In this document: piece by piece, positions 40,354 through 52,930 of the stretch | Layout: the number at the start of each line of letters is the position of its first letter | How positions within the stretch are numbered: the first letter of the stretch is position 1 | Origin: Chlorokybus atmophyticus | Taxonomy: Eukaryota > Plantae > Mesostigma and Chlorokybus algae | Reading direction: 5' to 3' | DNA: 64,000 nt | Assembly (NCBI GenBank): GCA_009103225.1 | Contig: RHPI01000797.1 | Span: 1,064,457 to 1,128,456 of the forward strand | Translations under genes and position numbers: made by a program | Notes under the pieces: generated by a model | What the model was told of the DNA's origin: nothing | The model's input: only the letters and a program-made list of their open reading frames with translations | The model's database searches: none

Positions 40354-41045
40354 TCTGTGCTTTGCTAGTTGTGCTTGCTGTGTTCGTACCCATTCATACA
40401 AGCTACCTTATATGCCATGTTGCGCCATGTTTGTGTGCATATATATTGTCAATTAATCATAAGATGTGCTCGTTGAGAATATTGGGTCTTTTATTATGTA
40501 ATGTTATACATTATTTCATAAAACATTGTTGAGTTTACTACTTTTATTTTTATCCCGATTACTTCATAATAAGCGCCCGTTGGTGAAAACCCCCATCGTT
40601 ATATCAGCAACAAATGTTAGATGTTGTATATTTATGTTTAGGTAGAATAATTTTATTGCATGCATCGTGTTGCGTGTAAACATGATATGTAATTTAACTT
40701 CATTGCAATGCTCACTTTAATGTCTCTCCTACTGTACTAATGTAAAAAATGAATGCGCGTTCAAAAGTGCCATCCATGAGTTCAGAGCGTCCACTTTAGT
40801 ATAGAGCGGGGACTCTTACCGAGTTATAAGTGACTAAAGTATTCATCAAATGCTTCAACAAATTCAAGCCGAATTCATATTTCGTCTAAAGATGTAATCA
40901 AGTCACTACTAGCAGTTGCACTAGCGAGGCTCGGACCGCGGTAGGGACAAACGGCTAGTGCGGGGCAGTTTGAAACACAGTCTGCTTGCCTGGCTGTGGT
41001 CGACCACATTGTTCATATCGCCGCCGCTGTCGCCGGGGCGGTGTG

Positions 41046-44000
41046 ATGCCACGCGGTGGTGGCATGGATGAGAACTTCTGTCCTGTATCGCCCAACATTT
41101 TCGGGGGCGGCGACGCTGGAGGGCTGAGCAGCAGTAGCAGCGGCAGCTTCAAGACACCACAGCCGCTGAGGCCTTCCAGGGCTGGGGTGGGCAGGCAGCA
41201 GCAGCAACAGCAGCAGCAGGGGGGCATGGGCGGGCCGCCCAAGTCGCCTGCCACCGTGGCGACGACACGTGGCGGGAGCTTTTGGGACAGGGGCGGCGGA
41301 GGTGGATTGTCGGAAAGCGCCCCTTGCTCTCCTCGTTCCTTGGGCTTCCAGATCAGTGGGGCTGACCTGCAAGCTGCGGCTGGGGCAGCCGCCTTGCTAG
41401 ACAGCAATGTGAAGGTTAGGGTGTGTTGCATGGTAACAATATTGTTGCGTGTGCATGTGGAGCGGTGGCGACAAATGGAAACTGCGACTCTTGTACAGAT
41501 CTTGTGCTGGGCAAACATGGTGTCTAACTAGTGACGTGTTAAGCATCCGCATGGGACGCAACCGTGTCAAGCATCATTTGCTGGAGTGCATGCACCGTGC
41601 ATTTGATGATCTCCAGATTCTTACTAATCCTAGCTGAATGCACTGCTTCATTGGGCACGTTCCATCCCTGTGGTAACACATGACAGGTAGTATCTCACAG
41701 TAGTCAGCTTCTTAGCCAGTCTGAGTTTGAGCATGCTAAGCACCTTTAACATCACACGCCATGCAAGATGTTTGCTGCTGATGACAATATGCGTGTTGGT
41801 CGGCAGGTCTTTGTGCGAGCTCGCCCTCTCAACCCAAGCGAGCTAGCTCAACCCTGCGTGCAAGTCGACGGCGACGAGTCGGTAGTGGTTAGCAGCGCGA
41901 GGAGCACAAACGGCACCCCTTCTCAACCGCAGCGGTTCACATTTGACAGAGTACTGGACGAGAATGCTACACAGGTGCTTTGAGATGCATACTGCCATCA
42001 AGCATGCGCACTTGCACGTCCCAACCAATTACTTGTTGCTTTGAGGCATGCACAGTCTTGGACAGCAGGGTTGATGGATGCCGTGCATGCGAACCCACGC
42101 ACGCGTCATTTTAAGAATTTCCAATCAATAGTGATGCCTGGCTTGCAGGAGGAGTTGTTTGAATCCGCTGTGAAGCCCATAGTGGAGAATTGCTTATTGG
42201 GTTACAACAGTAGCTTCTTCGCGTATGGTCAGGTAGATATGCTGGGCACCTGCGAACATGCTCTTGACCAGTTGCCTGATTCTTCTTTCAATCGCAGACT
42301 GGCAGTGGCAAGACGTACACTATGTTCGGCGCCCTTCCTGAGACAAGTACAGGATGGAGTCAATGCGCCCATCGCGGTGTCATACCAAGGATGTTTGAGC
42401 ATCTACTGGCGCGTGCAGCACAGGTATACACAAGGTGCTATAAGAGAGAAGTGAAGAGAGTAACTAAGTTTGTGTGAAGCAACTGCAAACAATCACCCTT
42501 TCTGTGCAGGAAGAGGCGCTCAATGGCACAGAGTTTCTGTGCAAGTGCTCGTTTGTAGAGGTAGGTGCCTGTGGTGTGACGGACTTACATGTTCCCACCG
42601 GCGAGTAGTGACGTGACTCTTTTGTTTCAGATATACAATGAACAAGTCAACGACCTGTTGGACCCGTCCAAGCGCAACCTCAAGGTGTGCGCTTCAGCTG
42701 CTGCTGTGCATCTATGGCTTCAAGCTTGCTGTGTTGCATGTCGCAACATTGTGTAATCAGCCAACTGCATATGTGCGGCAGGTTGTGGACGCACAGTCTG
42801 CTGACCGTGGTGCACACATCAAGGATGCCACTGAGCGTTTGGTAAAATCAGCGCAAGACATGTATGACCTTATTGCCCAGGTGTGTTGCCGTGTACTCTA
42901 CAGCAGAAATATCAAGCAGTATAACTGCAGAGGTTTTATCATCATGGCACATGTGGCATGTCTTGATTGTGGCTTGTATCAGGGTCTGGCAAACAGAAAG
43001 ACTGCCACCACCAACATGAACTGGGAGTCGAGCCGTTCACATTCCGTCATCACATGTTTGCTGGAGCGCAAGGTTTGCTTCTGACCTCCTGCTGCAACAG
43101 TGGCCAGTAGCTGTGCATGCACGTGTGCTCACGTGCATATGTATCCTCGCAGCATACCGCACCTGATGGCACTTTCAGCATCCGATACTCCAAGCTGAAC
43201 CTGGTGGACTTGGCTGGGTCAGAAAGGTGGGTGCTGGCTTAGTTCCTTGTTGCTGCTGTTCGTGAGTGCATAGTCTAATGTCCGTTTCAACAGGCAGAAG
43301 AGCTCCGGCGCGACAGGGGAGCGCTTGAAGGAAGCCTCCAACATTAACAAGTCCCTTTCTAACCTCGGGTAACCTTCTTGTGCATGCCATGCACAGCTGG
43401 GACGCACAGGCTGAACGGTAATGTCTGTTGCTCATCTGCAACTATTGTGCCAGGCTTGTTATCAAGCGTCTCATTGAAGCGCAAGGCAAGAAGACCTCAG
43501 CATTGCCTGTGCCTTACCGCGACTCCAAACTCACACACTTGCTGGAAGTAAGTGGAGTAAACAACAATGAACAGAAAAGTATAGCTATGAGCAAGTTTGA
43601 CAGCGGCAATTATGTTGCTTGCAGGAGTCCTTGGGTGGGAATGCATTCACTGCCATCGTTGCGAACATCAGTCCATCAAGCGGGTGAGCGCACGTGATAC
43701 TCATTGCAAGCCAATGTGTGCTGACTTGCTTAAATGGTGTTGGCATTCTTTCAGGTGCCATGAAGAAACACTCAGCACGTTGCAGTTTGCTCGCAGAGCA
43801 AAATTCCTGCCAAACAAGGTGACGTTTGTGTTTGCATCTTGTTGTTTTGCCTCAGTGTTCACGTGTAGAAACCACAGATAACCAATGTCACCACAATGTG
43901 CAGGCTCATGTCAATGAAGTAAGGAGCAGTCATGAACAGGAGTACCGCCTGCTGAGGTTTGAAGTGGAGAAACTGAAGGTGAGACTGCATGTGGGATCAG

Positions 44001-47000
44001 TGGCTGTTGCTTCCCTTCAATGCTGCATATTGCATGTTAGATCAAGTACCAATGTTGCAGGAGGTGCAGCAAGAGTGCTTGAAACGCGAGGCAGACACCG
44101 CGTCCCGGTTGACAAGACTCCAGTAAGCACACTTCGTTTGTTTTGCTTATGTACAAGGCAGTATTGCGATAACAAGCGTATTTGGTCTGCAGGAGCGAGC
44201 TTGAGGAAACAAACGGGCTTGCGAGCAGAACCGATGAAGAACTGGGCAGCCTCCAGCATGAGATGAGTGGAGTGACAAACAGCGTGGAGTGCCTGAAGGA
44301 AGAGGTCTCATGATGTGCAAGCCTGCTGTAACAAATGCACTGTGCTTGAGCGTAAGCACTTACTTCAACTGGTTGTGTTCCACAGGTGCGGGAGACTATG
44401 CAAAAGGCAGCCGACTCCCATACAGCCCATCAAGCCTTATTAGCGAAATTGGCACTCCTGGAAGGAGATTGCAGAGTTCAGCACCAGCGCATGCAGACTG
44501 ATGTTGCTGGCATCAGGGGAGAAGTTGAAGACACTGCACATGTGCTACAAGTGCTGGCTGCAAAGGTTCTCCCTAAAATGTTGATTTCCTTTAACAAGTG
44601 TGTATCGACGTCAGGGTGGCCCTGTTGAGTACCTCTGACAGATCGTGTTGCAGGTTGGAGGGTGCAGTGGCCGTGATGAGCTGTCTGAGACCTCGCGTGA
44701 AGTTGAGAAAATGGTCGGGGTGCTGATAGCAATGCAAGAGGTTTGTTTAACATTGCAGCACCCAGCATCTGCAACGCTGAGTGTTGTAACCTTTCCTTGT
44801 GTGTACTGCAGGCTGATGCGAAGCGTAAAGATGCTGTAATCAGCTTGCACGAGCGCGTGCGCACTCTTGCAGGTAGCTAGTAGCAATTGTCCGTTGTGCA
44901 ACTATAATGTCTGGTCTCTTGTAACTGTCTCTATGGAGCTATTGCGTGGTGTGGATGTCTGCACTCTTAGGGTTGTATCTGCTCTCTGTTGCAATGCAGC
45001 TGATGTTGTCTCGTATTGTATTGCAGCGGACGTGGAGCAGCTGCAGAGTCTACACAAGGGCGTGGTGAGCAGTCAATACATCCACACTTACCTTGACAAC
45101 CTGAACAGTGGTGCATCGGCTTGCAAGGCCTGATAACTGATTATGGTTTCAACAGGGAACTCGTGAAGCTCCTTTGCTGGAGGATAGGTTCAGCAATTTG
45201 GCAGCCAAACTCACTGATGTAAGCTGCCTGACTTACAGCTGCGCTTGCTCTGCTGCTCGCACAACGTTCATGTCAACTCACAGCAACACCCACCCGCAGG
45301 AGGCCACTGACTTCCGTTCAAAAGTGGCGGCTGAGGTAGAGTGGCAAGTGGAACTGAATGCTCAGAGCAAGGCCGAGCGCGAAGAAGAGCGTGCGGTGTG
45401 TGGCTTGACTCAACCTTCAAACCGTTTTTAAGCACCCGTTCACTGCAGCTTGCGTTCCTCACACTTGCAACACGCGACACACAGGCACTTGCTGCGTTGC
45501 ACAATGAGCTGTCGAGGTTTTTGTTGGAGCAGCGGACAGAAAACAAGAGCCTGCGCACCCACTTGAGTGAGCAGCAGCAGGTACGTGTTCTACCATAATC
45601 CAACCAAGTTTTGTGTGGTTGCAACACATCATGCATGTACATGTCAATGACTGCTGATGGTTCATGTGCCACCCCAGTCTATGCAAGTGATGCGCATAGA
45701 GTTTGGAGAGACTCTTAGCAAGTACACAGAAACGCTGACGAGTCAGGAAAAGCTGGTCGCGCATTACCAAAAGGCGCGCGAAGCTGACAAGGAGGTAGAC
45801 AAGTTCTCTCCTTCTGAAAGATCGCATGCTTGCGTGTTGTATGCAGTTGGCAAATAACTTTTGGGCTGCAGAACCTGGCGGCCACGCAACGAGAGCTTGC
45901 TAAGCTGCGTTCGGAGCATGAGGAGTTGCTGCACAGTCTGCGTGAAACACAGCTGCAGCAGGCTGAGGTGAACATCTGCGTGTTCCTCCAATGTGTTGCA
46001 TGTTTGTTCGGGGTGCATGCTTTGTCTGATGCCCCATCGCAGGATTTGCACTCCTTGCAATCTGGCTACTCGGAGCTGTCCATGATGGCCATGCCAGTGG
46101 AGTCCGCGTGCGCGCCTGCGGGCCAATCAATGGTAAACCCAGCTCGCTATGAGCTCTGCCATGTTGACTAGTGTTTTGTACTAAAGCTCAGCGGTTCCAG
46201 GCGCAAGACTTGCATCCCGATCAAGACCTCAGTGCCCTCCGTCAGGAGCTGTTTGCCAAGCTGGACAAGCAGGCCGCAGTTTTACGGCGATACCGCGACA
46301 TGCAAGCGACATCACAACTGGTTCGCTGTTCTGTTGCTGTTTGTCTTGGCAAAATGAACCTTGAAGAATTGCTTTTTAGAAAGCAGACTGGAGTCATGCT
46401 GTTTACGCGTCAACTTCGTGCAGGAATTGGAAACGGCACTGATCAATGAGAGAAGGGCGTTTGAGGGTCAGATGGCTGCTCATGCACGAGACCAAGAGGA
46501 GGTATGTCCATCAACTTGTTGTTCACAGAGCAGGATTGCAGTATTAACAATAATTGCACACATGTGTAACAGCGCTTATCGACGTTGAAGCAAGAGATGT
46601 TGGCTATGCTGGAGGAACGCTTGCAAATCACAAACAACACGACAACAGCACAACAGAGTCCATCCCAACAGCAGGTAAGATTTTGACACTCAGGATGCGG
46701 CATTGTTCAATGCTGCGCATTGTCCCACACAAGACTGCGTGTGGTTGTGCAGATGTCTGCCTCCGCGGAGCAGCAGGTTGACGAGAGCATGCATCCGACA
46801 GCGACTATACCGGTACGCATATTTGGACGCTCTGTGCAATGTGTCTGATCGTGTCAATTACTTGTTAAGTTGATTGATCGACTGACAAGCTGCTGTCACA
46901 TTGCCTTACCAAATTGTTTGAGGGTGCTTTGTCTCACTTGTAATGTAAATCAGGTTTGCACAGATGCCGACAATAAAGAGGCACCACCAGCAGCATGCAG

Positions 47001-48791
47001 TCCAGATCGAGTAGCAGAAGCATCCTCTTCATCGCCTTCAAGGCTAGAGGTGCTCATTGTAAAGGTGCTAGGGAGGGTGAGGACCAAACAATACCACATG
47101 CTTATGCTAAGTTGATGGTTATCAACAGGCTGAGAGGATTGCTGAATACACGTGCAAGACAACCATGCGCGGCCACAACTCTTACGTCACCTCGCTCACT
47201 GTCAGTGGTGGACACGTTTTCAGCGGTTCCTCAGATGGCAACATCAAGGTACTGAAGCAACATGTGTGCATCAGCCATGCAACGGACTCAGCTTCTGATA
47301 CCAAACGTGTATATGACGTACACTAGGCATGGAGGACATGTGATGGCATTTGTGCTGCCACACTTCAAGGCCACAATGGTGCAGTCAACGCATTGGCAGC
47401 CACGGACACGATGCTGTTCAGCAGTTCTCACGATGGCACTGTGAAGGTAGCAGCATGTGTCGGGCACTTCATAGTTGAAATAGTTGAAATAGATCACCAA
47501 GACTTTTGTTGCTTACACCTGCGAGTCGTCGTAGGCATGGAGGTTGTCGGACTGTGGTTGCGCCAGCACGCTGAGAGGTGGCAGCCAGTGCACCATCACG
47601 GCGTTGGCAGTCTCGGATGAGATCTTGTACAGAGGCTCCTCGGACGGCATGATCCAGGTACATGAAGTTGATAACATTTCTTGCCAGCTGTGCATGCGCT
47701 GACTGCTTTGCATTGTGTGTTAGGCGTGGAGGTTGTCAGACTACCGCGTGTGCGCAACGCTTCAGGCTCACGACGGGCTTATCACTTCTCTTGCTGTTGG
47801 TGACTCTGGCGTCTTGTACAGCACGTGTGCCGACGACCACACCATCAAGGTGCGTGCGTGTTGACAATGTTATTATTGTGCTTCACACCCATGGTCAGCT
47901 TATGCTGTCTGTCCAATTCGTGCTCCATCCAGGCGTGGAGCGTACCCGAGCACACGTGCCTGAACATCATGCGGGGTCACAGTGGTGCGGTATGGGGCTT
48001 GGCCGTGTCATCAGACAAGCTGTTCAGTGGCTCCTCTGATGGCACCATCAAGGTACAAGACTGCCAAGCAACAGTTGAACACATCTGCGCATGCATTGAC
48101 TTCTGAAGTGTTGCTCACTTACCCAATGTTGTAACATCAGCATGTAAACCAATGCATTGCGGTGTTGTGACAGTATCTTGCCTATGGTGATGGTAAATTG
48201 GTCATCTGCTCTTCAGGTTTGGGATGTGCCGTCGTACCGCTGCATTGCAACGCTGAGTGCCCACAGTGGTGCCATTCGCGCTCTCGCCGTCACGCAACCC
48301 GGAAGTATCTGCACTGAAGCACCGGACGCGGATGTGGTGTTGCTCTCAGGCGGTTGGGACGGCACTCTTAAGGCACACATGCACATGTTCGTTTGCATGC
48401 ACGTGATATTGTCTCAAGTGCACTGAACGTGCACACCAACTGATTGGCAGTCGCACTTATCACAGCCCAATAAATGAGCCTTTTGCTTACACGCAGTGGT
48501 TTGCGTCCTCGATTGCTGATTCTGGAGTTGTGCAGGTTTGGAGGTTGAGCGATTACAGCTGTGCCGGGACGCTCTTTGGTCACGGAGGCGCTGTGCGTGC
48601 GCTTGTTATTGCGGGAGAGGTTGTGTACTCGGGCTCTGAGGACAATACCATCAAGGTGCGTTGACAATGAACAACCTAATCATATTTTCCCTTTGTCTGT
48701 GTCAAGCCAGGTTTGTTCGCTTTGGCTGCTGATCGATCACTCACTGCTGGTGTGCAAACAGGTGTGGCACGATGGTGCAACCGACAACTGA
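41046..48791 (+). CDS. Kinesin-12-type motor with coiled-coil stalk and C-terminal seven-repeat WD40 domain, one continuous spliced ORF
   Basis: Motor: VFVRARP, FTFDRV, AYGQ|TGSGKTYT, CKCSFVE|IYNE, NWESSRSHS, LNLVDLAGSE|RQK, NINKSL, PYRDSKLT, ETLSTLQFA. The stalk exons I traced join in phase up to the WD40 exons at 47129-48655; stop at 48789-48791. Confidence 0.88.
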
Positions 48792-49283
48792 TTCGCTGCT
48801 GAGTTGGTTTAGGTAGAGTTGTGCTCGGACTCATTATTGAACATCGCCATTGTAGCTATTGTGTTGATCAGTAGTCATCGTGTATCCTTGTAATAAAGTG
48901 CCCTGTTCAGAAGCATGGTACGTAGGAATGCAAGTTGCTATTCTTGACGAGTTGTTGCCAACACCGTCAGGAATGGTCAAGACAGGGTACCACATTGCGT
49001 ATGCGATACTGCCTTGATGATGTATGAATCAAATCATGTCAACAAGAGCGCTCTTCAGACTTTGCCACTCAGCGCATTGCCAACATGTCGCTTGTACTGT
49101 GTAAAGACAGAAGTGTCACATTACACAGTACACGTGTTACAGGATCTCTTGTCTAAGTTGGAAACTTGGCATTTTTCAATTGACTAACAGGGCTCCAAAA
49201 ACTGGCAATAGTTTCATGTACTATGCCGCACACTGGCCTAATTTTGCAAGCATCACTCCAAACACACAACACACCCACACACT

Positions 49284-51494
49284 CTACTGCACATCATGTG
49301 CTCCGCAGTTCCTATCGCTCTCCTCTGTGCAGAACGTGAGGTAGCCGTCCTTCGCCAGAGCCTTAATGAGGGCGCGCTCGGCCTCGAACGAGTGCACGGG
49401 GTTGCCAGAACTCCTCTCCGTGCCCCGTAACCGGTAGTACTGGTAACTCACGCTCTTGCCTGCGTGCCGCAAAAACAACATGCTCTCAGCTGCTGAGTAG
49501 ATGTCTGGAGCCAAGTCAGTGTTACAACGACAGAACAGAAACGCAGTCCCATTCACTCAGAAACTCGAAAGTGGCGTTGGGGTTGGCAATGCGCTATATT
49601 ATATTATATCACACATCACATAAGCTAGTAGTGCCACAATCACTGCCACTGTTGTGTCTCACACCTGATTTTTGAGAGACAGTGCCGAAGCCGTACACGG
49701 TGACGCGCTCGCACAGCGCTAGGGCCAGCGCCACGCTGTAGATACCCGAGGAGGGCGTGGAGCCCCCCTCATACCGGGTGTTGAGTCCTGAAGCAAAGGT
49801 GTTGCTGTGTGAGCCCACATGTTGGGTTGCATTTGCATGTGCACATAAACAAGCATAGTGAAGTACATAACTGCACAGACTGACCTGCACACTTTCGCCT
49901 TTGTCGGAAGGCCGCCATAAGCTTGCGGACCCCGGAGCCGATGACAGATGATAGCGTCACTGCGCGTGGATGCGCAGCCTGATACGAATGTTGGTTTGTG
50001 TTGACCGTTTGCTGTAGGACTTCTTCGTGGCACTGCTTCACAAAATCAAAGACTAGACTCTCACCCGCAAGCGCGCCATGAGGGGCGGTTCCCCGCGGGA
50101 AGCCACGAGCGACATGTTGGGTTCCAAAGGCAGCCACTTGAGAAAGCTCGCCATTGCATACCTAACAGCAGCGATGGTCAGACAATGCTGACGCCAGCAT
50201 GCAAACATACTACCTACCGTACGCAGACATGTGTGCACACACACATGTACACGCAAGAACACGCACGCATGTGCACACACATGCACGTAAGGATGCGCAC
50301 ACACATGTGTGTGTGCGTGCACATGTCAGTACTCAGGTGCTGTACACAGACCGTTTGAGCCAGATCTTGTTGAGCATCCGTATGCTCGTCTTCCCGCCCA
50401 CATGCTTCTCATACCCCCGCGTCGGCGCCTGGTTCTGCCTTATCACCGCGCTATGCCCATCAATATTGCTCCCAAACCTGCACGCAACCCCACTCATCAC
50501 CTCACAGTCCTCACACACTCACCACACAACTCCTTCCCCCACCTCACCTCTTCAACAACAAGCTCCCGCTGTTTCCCACGACAGCACACGACCTCGAATC
50601 AAACCACTCCAGCGCGGAGGTGCCGTCCTTCTTGCGCAGGATGGGGGTGGTGGGTTGTGCGTGTGTTTGTGCGGATGTTGCGTGGGAGGGGAGGGGGAGG
50701 AAGGACTCGGGGAGGCCGCGGAGGGTGAAGGGGTCGCCGCGGGTGCAGGTTGGCTGTTGTGATGGGGGGGGTGAGTGTTGTTGTGCTGCTGACTGTGTGT
50801 TATATAGCCACACTGTGTAACAGGCGTATGTTCCTTTTAGTGCATATGCGTGCGTGCGTGCGAGCGTATGTACACAGGTGTGCATATGGGTAAGTACACG
50901 TGTGCATGTGAGCGGGTAAGTGGCTTTGACTGTGTGTGTGTGTGTGTGTATGCGTGAGCGTATGTTCATGTGCGTGTGCGTCCTCGGTTGTGCGTGCCAC
51001 CGGGCGCATGCATGTGTGCATTGCATGGAGTGGAGTCAACTGCAGGAAACAGCATTACATAATGCGCACAGCCTGAACGTACTGCTTGTGGAGCTGCTTT
51101 GTTCTTCTTTGCTTCGTGCCCGTTTGAACGCACGAGCGTGTCTGCTGTAGTGTTGTTGCGCTCAACACCCTCTTCACGCAGCTTGCGCACCTGCCGACAA
51201 CACCACATCTCACACACCCGAAAGATAACAAAACACACATGCATTAAGACTGAACTCACGCACCTGCTTCATCTGGCCATTCAACCGCGCATCCGTCAAT
51301 CTGACCACGTTCTCCCTCGCTTTACCCGTCTCGAGCAGTCGAGCGCGTTTGAACTGCCGGACATGTTGTGATGTGGCTGATATGGTGTTGATGTTACTCG
51401 CTTCTGGGGAGTTGCTTTCGTTGTGAAGAATTGCGCCTGTTAACACCGCCACCACGCACAGGCTGGCGACGAATATAAGCTTACGATGGCGCAT
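49284..51494 (-). CDS. Glycosyltransferase family 29 (sialyltransferase-like), type II membrane protein
   Basis: N-terminal anchor ([23 protein letters not shown]), sialylmotif [17 protein letters not shown]|[30 protein letters not shown], motif [24 protein letters not shown], motif III YQYY, motif VS HSFEAE. Confidence 0.92.
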
Positions 51495-51605
51495 GGTTTC
51501 GTCATGCAGTACTGTCTGGTGTGCACATTCCCCTTAATGCGATGCCGTTTGTCTGCAAGCCACAAGACGAGGAATGTTGATTGGTTTGTTGCATACGCGG
51601 GCGCG

Positions 51606-51614
<9 letters not shown>

Positions 51615-51660
<46 letters not shown>
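51615..51660. repeat. (AG)n microsatellite preceded by short (CA)n
   Basis: Directly visible. Confidence 0.97.
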
Positions 51661-51665
<5 letters not shown>

Positions 51666-52134
51666 GCTGGCATTGCTGCACACTCCGCCAAGGTTGCTGC
51701 TTCTTACGTCACATAAACCTCATTTCGCCCACAGGATGCATTAGTAGCACAAGAAGAGAATCTGATCCCAAGAATGAACGAGATGCTGCGTTTCGATCAA
51801 GTTCAAAAGATTGAAGCACACTTATGCAAGGAGACTCTTTTTAAACATTGCATACTCGACGGCAACCGTGACACTCGTCACAGCCATTGCCTGTAATCCC
51901 AACGATTGCAAACTCAGCAGCAGATAGCATTGCAGCAATAGCACAACATGCGCTCACCTCGACGTATCAGCAAGATCGTATCGCCTGCCGCCGCCGCCGC
52001 CGCCGCCGCCAGCAGCTGCCACGTGTCCTGCTCTCAGCCCCAACGGCAAGCTACTTGATGTCGATGCCACCGCACGTGATGCACGAATAAACTCGCTTGA
52101 ATCAGTGATGGCAGAGATATCCCAAATCCGAATC

Positions 52135-52144
52135 AAACCCTAAT
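52135..52144 (+). promoter_or_regulatory. Telo-box (AAACCCTAAT) in the divergent promoter between the GT29 gene and MED16
   Basis: Exact motif, flanked by (GCC)n at about 51985-52010 and GGC-rich sequence at about 52181-52212. Confidence 0.5.
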
Positions 52145-52930
52145 CTCAGCTCGCTGCTTGCGGGCAGGCGTGGGTGTTTGGGGCGGCGGCGTTGGCGGCG
52201 TTGGCGGCGGCGTGAGAACAAGGGTGCGTTGGGCCCAGCGCTTCAACACGTCATTACTTGAGCACATCAACCAGTAAGGAGCCTTACTGGTTGCTTGCGT
52301 TGTTTTTGAACGAAACCGGTAAGGGCTGTCTTAAGGTCGTTGTGTAGCAGCAGCTCGTGCATGCAATGCTAGTGCAGTGCTGAAGTGGTTGCATGGTAAA
52401 GACTGCCAATGCCGCCTCATGCTAGCTGGCTCTGTATGTGAGGTTATGTCACAATACCCTTGCGAGTGGCATTCCTGCTGGCACGTGTCTGTTTGTAAGG
52501 TGCATGTCATGCACCTTCAGTGTGTGCTCCTTTACACAAGTTGTACTAATGCAAGCTGCATGCAAGCCAGTTGTGGCTTCCCTTACCTGCCATTATCATT
52601 TAATAGCCTCAGCTCTTGTTTCTTGATGGCTGTGTAAGTACAAAAGAGCAGACATAGAAGAACAGAAGTTGAAGTTTTCAATGTCTGTTTTTCCATGTCT
52701 GCTCTTTTGCAGACGTTGCTTGTGTTTTGGTTACGTTTGGCGATAGAAGGAATTGGATCCAATTGTAACCGTTCGATTGTCAGTCAGGTGTTAAAGACTG
52801 ACCAACAGCTCATTTTTCTGCATATAGTGCTCTTGCTCAACAGTTGCCAACATGGAAGTCATCCTTCTGCATGCATGCAGTCAAGTGTTTCCGCTTGTTG
52901 TACAGCAGGGTACGTGAACGATGCTGCCAA

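Noticed and set aside
47129-48791. Treating the WD40 exons as a separate gene
   Set aside because: No suitable start or promoter-like leader, and the upstream stalk exons join in phase 0. Still needs transcript confirmation.
50199-51026. His/Thr/Val/Cys-rich ORFs here and elsewhere
   Set aside because: Translations of (CA)/(TG)-rich intron sequence or antisense frames of real exons.
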